Assembly: GCA_963721435.1 (NCBI GenBank)
Contig: CAVRJC010000007.1
Location: forward strand, 11,843-75,842
Length of the DNA: 64,000 nucleotides
Direction: 5' to 3'
Source of the DNA: an uncultured Actinomycetes bacterium
GTDB taxonomy: Bacteria > Actinomycetota > Acidimicrobiia > IMCC26256 > DASPTH01
The notes beneath the pieces were generated by a model. That model had not been told where the DNA came from and did no database searches. It saw nothing but the letters and a program-made list of their open reading frames with translations. Positions 56,549 to 64,000 of this stretch are shown one piece after another; the stretch's first letter is position 1; each line of letters opens with the position of its first letter. The position numbers and the translations under genes were made by a program.

Positions 56549-56733
56549 GTCGGCCTCCCTCGAATCGTGACGGTGACTGCACCAACGTACTTCGGTGGCG
56601 ACCTCCCGGTCTCCCGGCGTGGAGTCGCCGGCACGTGCGCGTCGTGACGCGTGCGGTCGCGATCGCGCAGCACGTGCGCGACTTCTGCAACGCCGAGCCG
56701 ACTGCTCTCGCCGATCTCTGACCGCGAGTCGGG

Positions 56734-57726
56734 TCAGCCGACCTCGACGGGCGCCCCGACCGATTCCTTGGCCACGACGTAGGTCTGCGCCGACATGTCG
56801 CCGAGGCGGCGATGGCCTCGCGACGTTGCCGACGTGATGATGCCGCACAGGAACAACGACAGCGGCCCGTCGACCGCGAACAGGAGCCACCGCACGAGCG
56901 ACTTCGGTACTCCCTGCAGTGAGCCGTCTGCCTTCACCACCCTGAGCCCGGTTGCGCGTTTGCCGAGTGCTGCGCCCATCGCGCCCTCGAGGATCCCGAA
57001 GTAGAGGAACGTGAAGAGCACGTCCAGTGCAAGTGTCGGCGCGAGGTCGGCTTCGTACACCGTGTCACCCAGTTGGAGGACGGCGCGGTTGTCGCACTGC
57101 ACGTTCCCCGAGCCGGAAGTGCGCGAGCAGCCGGGGAGTCGAAGGGTCTCGGCTGCCGTGCGTTGCGTGGCGAGCGGGAAGAAGATGATGGTGAACACCG
57201 CGAGCGAGATCGCGGCGTCGATGATGAACGCGCCGTACCGGCGACCCATCACTGCAGTCGGGTCGTGCGGACGGGAGACGGTGGTGGTTCCGGCTCCGGC
57301 CCACGCGGTGCCGGTGTGTGCGGGATAGGAGCCTGGCGGAGGGGCGATCGGCGGGCCGAGTCGCTCCGCCTCGGCCACCGGATCGGCGGCCTGGACGCCG
57401 TGATCGGCCACGTGCGCGGTCCAGATGCTCCCGCTCCAGTAGCGGTACTCGTGCCGGCCGGTGGGGTCGATCGCCCACATGGCAGGTGGGCCCGCGGGGG
57501 TCGACGACTCGCTGCCCGACGCCGGGCGGATCGACGTGACGAGATCGCGGAGACGGGGCTCGTCGGCCTCGGCGACGAACACCGCGACGTCGCCTTCCCA
57601 TCGGATGTCGATCTGCGCGCCGGCCGCGAGTGCCCGCAGCCGACGGCGCTCCTCGGTGTTCCAGCCGTCGAGGGGCACACGCACTCGTGGTTCGTTCAAC
57701 ACCGACTCCCGACGGAGGGTTCGCAA
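56734..57726 (-). CDS. RDD-family membrane protein with an N-terminal DUF2510-like domain
   Basis: WAIDPTGRHEYRYWSGSIWTAHVADHG (DUF2510 signature), followed by the RDD domain (RRYGAFIIDAAISLAVFTIIFFPL...) with 3 TM segments. Confidence 0.65.
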   Translation of the reverse strand: MRTLRRESVLNEPRVRVPLDGWNTEERRRLRALAAGAQIDIRWEGDVAVFVAEADEPRLRDLVTSIRPASGSESSTPAGPPAMWAIDPTGRHEYRYWSGSIWTAHVADHGVQAADPVAEAERLGPPIAPPPGSYPAHTGTAWAGAGTTTVSRPHDPTAVMGRRYGAFIIDAAISLAVFTIIFFPLATQRTAAETLRLPGCSRTSGSGNVQCDNRAVLQLGDTVYEADLAPTLALDVLFTFLYFGILEGAMGAALGKRATGLRVVKADGSLQGVPKSLVRWLLFAVDGPLSLFLCGIITSATSRGHRRLGDMSAQTYVVAKESVGAPVEVG

Positions 57727-57777
57727 CCTCGTGATCTGGGTACCACCACTGCATCATCGTCCAGAGAGGACACGTGC

Positions 57778-57929
57778 ATGATCATCCTCGGAGTCATCCT
57801 CCTGTTGCTCGGGTTGCTGTTCGGCATCCCGATCCTGTGGACCATCGGCTCGTCGTCGCCATCGTCGGCGTCGTGCTCGGATCGCCGGATCGGCCGGTCA
57901 CAAGGTCGGCGGACGCCCCCACATTCTGA
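57778..57929 (+). pseudogene. small hydrophobic membrane protein (about 50 aa) with a -1 frameshift
   Basis: MIILGVILLLLGLLFGIPILWTIG in frame 0, then LVVAIVGVVLGSPDRPVTRSADAPTF and a stop in the +2 frame. One missing C in ATCGGCTCG is implied. Confidence 0.45.
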
Positions 57930-57960
57930 GCGCCCGGCACTCAGTTCCCTCTCGTCGATA

Positions 57961-57987
57961 GGATCCCGGGTTGAACCCCGGGGATCC
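57961..57987. terminator. GC-rich imperfect hairpin (GGATCCCGGG-TTGAA-CCCCGGGGATCC) between the small membrane gene and the nitrobindin-like gene; possible terminator or operator
   Basis: Inverted repeat read directly from the sequence. There is no U-tract. Confidence 0.2.
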
Positions 57988-58010
57988 TCGACGTTCGAAA
58001 GGAATGCCGC

Positions 58011-58565
58011 ATGGCTGACGAATGGGGCCCGCTGGGTCTGCTCGTTGGGGAATGGGCGGAGGAAGGCGGACTCGACACCGCGTTCTCGCACTCACAGGGG
58101 AAGGTCATCGCGACGCCGTACCTCGAGAAGCTCACGTTCAAGCCGTTCGGCCCCGTCGACAACGGCAGCCAGTCGCTCTACGGCCTCGACTACAGGTCGG
58201 CGATGTGGCGTGGCAGTGAGGAGAACCCGTTCCACACCGAGGTCGGCTACTGGCTCTGGGACGGTGCGACCGGCGAGATCATGCGCGGGTTCGTGGTGCC
58301 GCGTGGGATCACGGTGCTCGCCGGCGGCACGTGCGATGCCGACGCGCGGTCGTTCACGTTGAACGCCAAGGCCGGTGACCCGCAGTACTCGATCGGCGAG
58401 AACAAGTACCTCGCGCGAGAACGCGTCGACCCTGAGCTACACCGTCACCGTCACGATCCACGACGACGGGAGCTGGTCATACGACGAGACGACCATGCTC
58501 AAGATGAAGGAGTTCGACGAGCCGTTCGCGCACACCGACCACAACACGTTGCGCAAGGTCAGCTG
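58011..58565 (+). pseudogene. nitrobindin/THAP4-like heme-binding beta-barrel (FABP-like, UPF0678-type) protein with a frameshift near 58420-58430
   Basis: The N-terminal part (MADEWGPLGLLVGEWAEEGGLDTAFSHSQGKVIATPYLEKLTFKPF...HTEVGYWLWD...) continues in the next frame as ...ENASTLSYTVTVTIHDDGSWSYDETTMLKMKEFDEPFAHTDHNTLRKVS. A 1-nt insertion is implied. Confidence 0.6.
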
Positions 58566-58569
58566 AAGC

Positions 58570-59742
58570 TCAACTCGCGCGCAACGGGCGGAAGAAGCCG
58601 CGGACGTCTTCGACGAGGGCGTCGGGCTGCTCCATCGCCGCGAAGTGACCGCCGCTCGACATGTCGGTCCACTGGCGCAGGTCGTACTTGCGCGCCACCG
58701 CTTCACGCGGCACGCGCATGACTTCCGCGGGGAACATCGCCACGCCGGTGGGCACGTCGACGCGCTCCGGGCGCATCGCCACCGGCGGGTGCACGCGGTG
58801 CTCGAAGTAGTAGTGCATCGACGAGCGGATCGTCTGCGTGACCCAGTAGATCGTCGCGTTCGTGAGGAGCTCGTCCTTGGTGAAGCACGACTCGATGTCG
58901 CCATGGCAGTCGCTCCACGCGCGCCACTTCTCGACGATCCACGCGAGCAATCCGACGGGTGAGTCGTTGAGCGCGAACCCGAGCGTCTGCGGGCGCGTCC
59001 CCTGGATCGCGATGTAGCCGCCCTCTTCGACGAACCAGCTCTGCTGGTCGGCGAGCCACCGCCGTTCGGCATCGGTCATCTCGTCGCCGGTGCCCGGGAT
59101 CCCCGTCGCGAGGTTCAGGTGGATGCCGATGACCGAGTCGGCGTGGCGATGGCCGAGCCCGGCCGACACGAACGCGCCACGGTCGCCGCCCTGCGCGCCG
59201 AACGACGGCACACCGAGCGCGTCGACCATGAGTGCGCGCACGACGTCACTGCACTCGTCGGCGCCGAAGCCGGGCTCGAGCACGGCTTCCGAGAGCCCGT
59301 GGCCGGGGAGCGACGGCACGATCACCTCGAACGCGTCGGCGGGATCACCGCCGTGGGCGGCGGGATCCGCGAGCTGCGGCGCGATCTTGTACATCTCGGC
59401 GTACGAGCCGGGCCAGCCGTGCAGGAGCACGAGCGGCATGGGGTCGGGCCCGACGCCCGGGCACCGTGCGTAGTGCACGCGCCGGCCGTCGATCTCGACG
59501 GCCCACCCGGGGAGGCGCTCGTTCAGCACGCCCTCCTGGGCCCGCCAGTCGAACCCGTCGACCCAGTAGGCAGCGAGCTCGCGGAGGTAGGCGATGCTCG
59601 TCCCGTGCGACCAGCCGGCGCCCGCGATGCCGTCGGTCCAGCGGGTGCGGCGGATGCGCTCGTGGAGGTCGGCGAGCGTCTCGTCGTCGACCTCCAGCGG
59701 CCAGGGACGAGACTCGGTTTCGTGCGCTGACACCCGCCCCAC
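58570..59742 (-). CDS. epoxide hydrolase, paralog of the 45629..46798 gene
   Basis: Same architecture: EHN region RPWPLEVDDETLADLHERI, HGWPGS, GGDRGAF and the C-terminal GGHFAAMEQP. Confidence 0.85.
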   Translation of the reverse strand: MGRVSAHETESRPWPLEVDDETLADLHERIRRTRWTDGIAGAGWSHGTSIAYLRELAAYWVDGFDWRAQEGVLNERLPGWAVEIDGRRVHYARCPGVGPDPMPLVLLHGWPGSYAEMYKIAPQLADPAAHGGDPADAFEVIVPSLPGHGLSEAVLEPGFGADECSDVVRALMVDALGVPSFGAQGGDRGAFVSAGLGHRHADSVIGIHLNLATGIPGTGDEMTDAERRWLADQQSWFVEEGGYIAIQGTRPQTLGFALNDSPVGLLAWIVEKWRAWSDCHGDIESCFTKDELLTNATIYWVTQTIRSSMHYYFEHRVHPPVAMRPERVDVPTGVAMFPAEVMRVPREAVARKYDLRQWTDMSSGGHFAAMEQPDALVEDVRGFFRPLRAS

Positions 59743-59829
59743 CTCCTGGTCCCAGCGTAGAGGGGCCGAGCCGGAGGGAGGCGAGGCCCGAGGACCTGAG
59801 GGAGGTGAGGCGGGTGCCGCGATGTCGTG

Positions 59830-60225
59830 CTACCTGCCGGTCTCGATGCTCGCGACGCTGAAGTCCGCGTTCACCTTGACCGTCACGTGGGAGCCGTCGG
59901 CCTTGGTCATGTGCGCTTCGTAGGCCGCACCTTCGGCGTCGTTCTCGACCCGATCGATCGTGCCGTCGGGCACCGCCGCCTTCGCGGCCGCGGTGACCTG
60001 CGTCGCCGTGTCCCCGGTGAGCAGCGTCTCGGTGATGCCGTTGGCGACGTGACCGCCTTGGCTCGGGTCGGGAGCCGCGGTCGAGCTCCCCGACGCGGCA
60101 GTGGTGCTCGAGGTTGCAGTCGTCTCGGCGCCGGCGACGCCGAAGAAGTTCGCCCCGAGCGCGCCGCCGGTGATCGCGGCTGCCGCGAGGAGTGCTCCGA
60201 TTCCCATCTTGCGGGAAGTGTCCAT
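59830..60225 (-). CDS. small secreted PepSY-like protein
   Basis: ATG at 60225 with signal peptide MDTSRKMGIGALLAAAAITGGALGANFFGVAGA, a Thr/Ser linker, and a C-terminal PepSY-like pattern TIDRVENDAEGAAYEAHMTKADGSHVTVKVNADFSV. The rest of the listed 697-aa ORF is antisense to the XDH gene and spurious. Confidence 0.6.
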   Translation of the reverse strand: MDTSRKMGIGALLAAAAITGGALGANFFGVAGAETTATSSTTAASGSSTAAPDPSQGGHVANGITETLLTGDTATQVTAAAKAAVPDGTIDRVENDAEGAAYEAHMTKADGSHVTVKVNADFSVASIETGR

Positions 60226-60372
60226 GATGGTGCTCCTTTGTGTGTGTCGGCTTCGGTGGGGATGCTGTGGTCCTCGATGGGAGGACGGTGACCACGATCG
60301 ACCGCGCGTGGAAGGCGACCGTTCGAGTCGTGCAAGAGGTGTGCAAGAACACGCGTCGATAGGCTCACCCGT

Positions 60373-62685
60373 GTGGATGTGACCGCCGGTGTCGAGGCGA
60401 CGCGCTTCATCGGCGAGCGGGTTCCCAGACGTGAGGACGCTCGTCTCCTGACCGGGCGTGGTCGCTACGTCGACGACGTCACGCTGCCCGGCATGTTGCA
60501 CGCCGCGTTCGTACGCAGCCCGCACGCGTCGGCGGCGATCACCGCGATCGACACCGACGTGGCCGCGGCGCTCGAGGGCGTGCGCGCGGTGCTGACGTTC
60601 GACGAGCTCGTGGCGGTGGGAACCGTCGACGACACCGTGCAACGTCGTCCGCTCGCGCACGGCAGCGTGTGCTTCGTCGGCGACCCCGTCGTGATCGTCG
60701 TCGCCGACTCGCGCGCGCGGGCGGAGGACGCGTGCGAGCTCGTGGACGTCCGCTACGACGCGACGGCCGCGCTCGTCGAGCCGCGTGCCGCGATCGCCGA
60801 CACGGAGCGTCGCGTGCACCAGGAGCTCGAGTCGAACATCGTCGCAATCGGCGCGTCGGCCGACGATCCCGAGCTCGACGACCTGTTCGCGACGGCACCC
60901 CACGTCATCACGGAGACGATCTCCCAGCACCGCTACCTCGCGGTGCCGATGGAGACGCGCGGGATCGTCGCGAGCTGGGATCCCGTGCAACACGCAATGA
61001 CGATCTGGATCTCCACCCAGGGCGCGCACATGGCGCGCGATCACTTCGCGGGCGTCCTGGGTCTCGACCCCCCGAGCGTGCACGTGATCGTCGGTGACGT
61101 CGGCGGCGCGTTCGGGCAGAAGATCAGCGTCGGGCGCGAGGAGACCGCGCTCGCGCTCGCGGCGCGAGCGGTCGCGCGCCCGGTGAAGTGGATCGAAGAC
61201 CGCTGGGAGAACCTCGTGGCGGCACCGCACGCGCGGTGGGAGGACGCCGAGGTGTCGGTCGCGCTCGACGACGACGGGCGCATCCTCGGCGCGCGTGTCG
61301 ACCACGTGTCGGATGCGGGCGCGTATGCCGGTGGCCCCGGTGTGGTGGGCCCTTCCGGGCCGCCCATGATCGTTCGCTTCCTCACCGGGCCGTACCGGAT
61401 CGCGAAGGCGGGTGGCTCGAGCACGACCGCGTCGACGAACACCATGCGGCGCGGTGCGTACCGCGGGCCGTGGATGTTCGAGACCGTCGTGCGCGAGACG
61501 ATCGTCGACATCGCGGCTCGCCGGCTGGGCCTCGACCCGCTCGAGCTGCGCCGACGGAACATCATCCAGGCTGCGGACTTGCCCTACACGACGGCGGCCG
61601 GCATCGACTTCGAACTCATCACGCCTGCCGAGACCCTCGAGCAGGCCGTCGACATCATCGGCTACGACGAGTTCCGCCGGGCGCAGGTGGCGGCGCGCGC
61701 AGCGGGGCGTCTGCTCGGCATCGGCATCGCGTGCTACGTCGAGCCCACGGCGAGCGGGTTCGGGCTCGGGATCACCGAGGCCGCCACCATCCGTATCGAC
61801 ATCAGCGGCAAGGTGCAGATCCTGACCGGCGTGAACTCGCAGGGCCACAGCGTCGAGACCACGCTCGCGCAGGTCGCGGCGGAGCACCTCGGCGTCGACA
61901 TCGACGACATCACCGTGCTGCACGGCGACACCGAGGTGTCACCGCTCGGCGCGACCACCGGCGGGAGCCGCAACGCCGTCTTCGGTGGCGGCGCCGTCCG
62001 CCAGACTGCGCTGGAGATGCGCACCCGCGTGCTCGAGATCGCTGCGCACGCGATGGAGGCCTCGCTCGACGACCTCGACATCGAGCATGGCGTGGTCTCG
62101 GTGCGGGGCACGCCGAGCGCGACGCGATCGTTGGCCGAGATCGCGCAGCTCGCGTACCTCCGGCCGCGCGAGCTCCCCGAGGGCACGCCGCCCGGGCTCG
62201 AGATCGCGACCCGCTTCACGACCGTCGGCCCCACGTTCTCCAATGCCGCGCACATCTGCACGTGCGAGGTCGACCCCAACACCGGCCTGGTCACGCTCCT
62301 GCGCTACGTCGTGAGCGAGGACTGCGGTGTCGTCATCAACCCGATGGTCGTCGAAGGCCAGATCGCGGGCGGCGTCGTGCAGGGCATCGGCGGTGTGCTG
62401 CACGAGCAGTTCGTCTACGACGATGCGGGCAACCCGCTCACCACGACCTTCCTCGACTACCTGTTGCCCACCGCGCCCGACGCGCCGGAGTTCGAGTACG
62501 GCCACATCGTCACGCCGTCCGCGCGTCCCGGTGGCTTCAAGGGGATGGGGGAGGGCGGCGCCATCGGCGCGCCCGCCGCGGTCGTCAACGCAGTGAACGA
62601 TGCGCTCGCCCACCTCGGCATCACCCTGACGAGCCAACCCCTGAGTCCCGACGTCATCCTCGCCGCGCTCCTCGACGCGCGCTGA
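60373..62685 (+). CDS. xanthine dehydrogenase / aldehyde oxidase family molybdopterin-binding large subunit (CoxL-like)
   Basis: 770 aa with the Ald_Xan_dh_C (a/b hammerhead) domain and two MoCo-binding domains. GTG start. Confidence 0.9.
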   Translation: MDVTAGVEATRFIGERVPRREDARLLTGRGRYVDDVTLPGMLHAAFVRSPHASAAITAIDTDVAAALEGVRAVLTFDELVAVGTVDDTVQRRPLAHGSVCFVGDPVVIVVADSRARAEDACELVDVRYDATAALVEPRAAIADTERRVHQELESNIVAIGASADDPELDDLFATAPHVITETISQHRYLAVPMETRGIVASWDPVQHAMTIWISTQGAHMARDHFAGVLGLDPPSVHVIVGDVGGAFGQKISVGREETALALAARAVARPVKWIEDRWENLVAAPHARWEDAEVSVALDDDGRILGARVDHVSDAGAYAGGPGVVGPSGPPMIVRFLTGPYRIAKAGGSSTTASTNTMRRGAYRGPWMFETVVRETIVDIAARRLGLDPLELRRRNIIQAADLPYTTAAGIDFELITPAETLEQAVDIIGYDEFRRAQVAARAAGRLLGIGIACYVEPTASGFGLGITEAATIRIDISGKVQILTGVNSQGHSVETTLAQVAAEHLGVDIDDITVLHGDTEVSPLGATTGGSRNAVFGGGAVRQTALEMRTRVLEIAAHAMEASLDDLDIEHGVVSVRGTPSATRSLAEIAQLAYLRPRELPEGTPPGLEIATRFTTVGPTFSNAAHICTCEVDPNTGLVTLLRYVVSEDCGVVINPMVVEGQIAGGVVQGIGGVLHEQFVYDDAGNPLTTTFLDYLLPTAPDAPEFEYGHIVTPSARPGGFKGMGEGGAIGAPAAVVNAVNDALAHLGITLTSQPLSPDVILAALLDAR

Positions 62686-62696
62686 CGCCGGAATCG

Positions 62697-63665
62697 TCAG
62701 GCGGTGGTCGAGGCGCGGGCGAGGCAGGCGGCGACGATCGCGGTGTCGACGATGTCGTCGGTGGAGCAGCCGCGCGAGAGGTCGATCCAGGGTCGGTGGA
62801 GGCCCATGACCACGGAACCGATTGCAGTGCGGCCGCCGAAGCGCTCGGCCATCTTGTAGCCGATGTTCCCGGCGTCGAGGTCGGGGAAGACGAACACGTT
62901 CGCGCGCCCGCCGACCGACGACCCCGGGTACTTCTGCGCGGCGATGTGCGGCACGACGGCAACGTCGAACTGCATCTCGCCGTCGACGTCGAGGTCGGGC
63001 CGCTGCTCGCGCACCAGTGCGAGCGCCTGCTGCACCTTCTCGACCTTCGCGTGCTTCGCGCTGCCGTTGGTCGAGAACGACAGCAGGGCGACGTGCGCCT
63101 CCTCGCCGGTGACGAGCCGGTGGATGTCGCCGGCGAGCGCGGCGATCTCCGCGAGCTGCTCCGCCGTGGGGTCCGGCACGACCGAGCAGTCGGCGAAGGT
63201 CAGGAGGTCGTCGGTGCCCTGCATGAGGAAGCAGCCCGATGCGAGCCCACCGTGGCGGGCCACGCCGAGGCCGAAGATCGCGGCGCGGACGACGGACGCG
63301 CTGGTGCTGAGGCTCCCGGCAACGCCGGCGTCGGCACCGCCGAGGCGCACGTAGACCGCGCCGAACAACAGGGGATCGCGCAACAGCTCACGCGCTCCCG
63401 CTTCGTCGACCTGGGTGAGGTTGGGGCCCGTGAGGTACGCGTCGACACACCGCTCGATCCACACCGGGTCGTCGACGTGCACCACGTCCACGCCGTCGGG
63501 GATCGGCTCGTGCACTGGAGGGTCGACGAGCACCGGTTGCACCATGCCCTGGTCGAGCAGCAGCGGGAGCGCCTCGTGCACACGAGCGTCGGCCGCGTCG
63601 CCGAACAGCACGCGGGCCGGCGACCGCTCGAGGTTGGCGAGGAGCTCCGGGTCGAGCGACAGCAT
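62697..63665 (-). CDS. phosphate acetyl/butyryl transferase family protein (Pta-like, short form)
   Basis: 322 aa with the phosphotransacetylase fold motifs GGADAGVAGSLSTSASVVRAAIFGLG and a C-terminal SRGCSTDDIVDTAIVAA. Confidence 0.8.
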   Translation of the reverse strand: MLSLDPELLANLERSPARVLFGDAADARVHEALPLLLDQGMVQPVLVDPPVHEPIPDGVDVVHVDDPVWIERCVDAYLTGPNLTQVDEAGARELLRDPLLFGAVYVRLGGADAGVAGSLSTSASVVRAAIFGLGVARHGGLASGCFLMQGTDDLLTFADCSVVPDPTAEQLAEIAALAGDIHRLVTGEEAHVALLSFSTNGSAKHAKVEKVQQALALVREQRPDLDVDGEMQFDVAVVPHIAAQKYPGSSVGGRANVFVFPDLDAGNIGYKMAERFGGRTAIGSVVMGLHRPWIDLSRGCSTDDIVDTAIVAACLARASTTA

Positions 63666-63683
63666 GTGGAGGCGAGCCCCGCG

Positions 63684-64000
63684 TCAGCCGGCGAAGTCGT
63701 CGGGGACTTCGATCTCCATGAAGAGGAGCCCGCGCCCGAAGGTCTTGCCTTGCGCGTCGGTGCGCATGCTGCCGGAGCCGCCGCCGGCGAGTGAGTTGCC
63801 GAGGATGAAGTTGAGTGCCCGCAGGTTGGGGAGCTCGTAGCGCGTCACGCGACCCTCACACACGGCGGCGAAGTGGTCCTTGACGCGGTCGGTGGTGAGC
63901 GCGTCGCGCATCACGGCGTACGCCGCGTCGGACTTCGCCCAGATGCCGACGTTGGCGTCGTCGCCCTTGTCGCCCGAGCGCGCGTACGCGATCTCGTCGA
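63684..64000 (-). CDS. hypothetical protein, C-terminal part only; the gene continues beyond the window end
   Basis: The open frame reaches the window edge (...DEIAYARSGDKGDDANVGIWAKSDAAYAVMRDALTTDRVKDHFAAVCEGRVTRYELPNLRALNFILGNSLAGGGSGSMRTDAQGKTFGRGLLFMEIEVPDDFAG). I could not assign a family. Confidence 0.4.
   Translation of the reverse strand, partial: DEIAYARSGDKGDDANVGIWAKSDAAYAVMRDALTTDRVKDHFAAVCEGRVTRYELPNLRALNFILGNSLAGGGSGSMRTDAQGKTFGRGLLFMEIEVPDDFAG

Noticed and set aside
59830-61923. 697-aa minus-strand ORF
   Set aside because: Only its last 132 codons (59830..60225, PepSY-like with signal peptide) look real. The rest is antisense to the CoxL/XDH gene.

Overview
This is a very GC-rich (by eye roughly 70% or more, not computed), gene-dense chromosomal segment that looks actinobacterial, with strong GC3 codon bias and frequent ATGA/GTGA start-stop overlaps. 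I call about 65 protein-coding genes on both strands and one tRNA-Cys(GCA). The ORF track writes GTG and TTG starts as M. I found no rRNA, CRISPR array, integrase or transposase.

Most genes are housekeeping or accessory metabolism:
- FtsX-type ABC permease, truncated at the 5' window edge
- PPK2, MTH1187-family protein, citrate synthase
- PIG-V-like mannosyltransferase, GNAT, L,D-transpeptidase
- divergent MarR / TauD pair separated by an 18-bp perfect palindrome
- AlkA-like glycosylase, ABC-F ATPase, SDR
- Rpf-like secreted coiled-coil protein, Leu/Phe-tRNA protein transferase, ArsC/Spx-like protein, MMPL transporter
- Arn-like aminosugar module: acyl-ACP thioesterase, NAD epimerase/dehydratase, DegT aminotransferase, GT2, convergent methyltransferase
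- gamma carbonic anhydrase, CDF transporter fused to a SnoaL domain, HExxH metallohydrolase, ABC-2 exporter pair
- divergent NHEJ pair Ku / LigD-type polymerase domain
- flotillin, cytochrome c, small membrane protein operon
- Liv-type ABC importer encoded as fused permease-permease-ATPase-ATPase plus a substrate-binding protein
- pirin, LMW protein-tyrosine phosphatase coupled to two paralogous substrate-binding proteins
- two epoxide hydrolases, ferredoxin, two alpha/beta hydrolases, two acyl-CoA synthetases, amidohydrolase
- DUF2510-RDD protein, nitrobindin-like protein, PepSY-like protein, lone CoxL/XDH-family molybdopterin subunit, Pta-like acyltransferase

The most unusual items are:
- a cytoplasmic protein with an N-terminal HTH_XRE, a roughly 500-aa acidic Pro-rich linker carrying an in-frame 9-bp ETD microsatellite, and a C-terminal DUF1080/LamG-like domain
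- three tandem 70-bp MIRU-like repeats in the pirin / LMW-PTP divergent intergenic region, followed by the PTP-SBP-SBP module
- two tandem paralogous CxxC mini-ORFs upstream of an acyl-CoA synthetase
- an apparently single-polypeptide LivH-LivM-LivF-LivG importer
- six genes broken by single-nucleotide indels, which points to either homopolymer assembly errors or scattered pseudogenes
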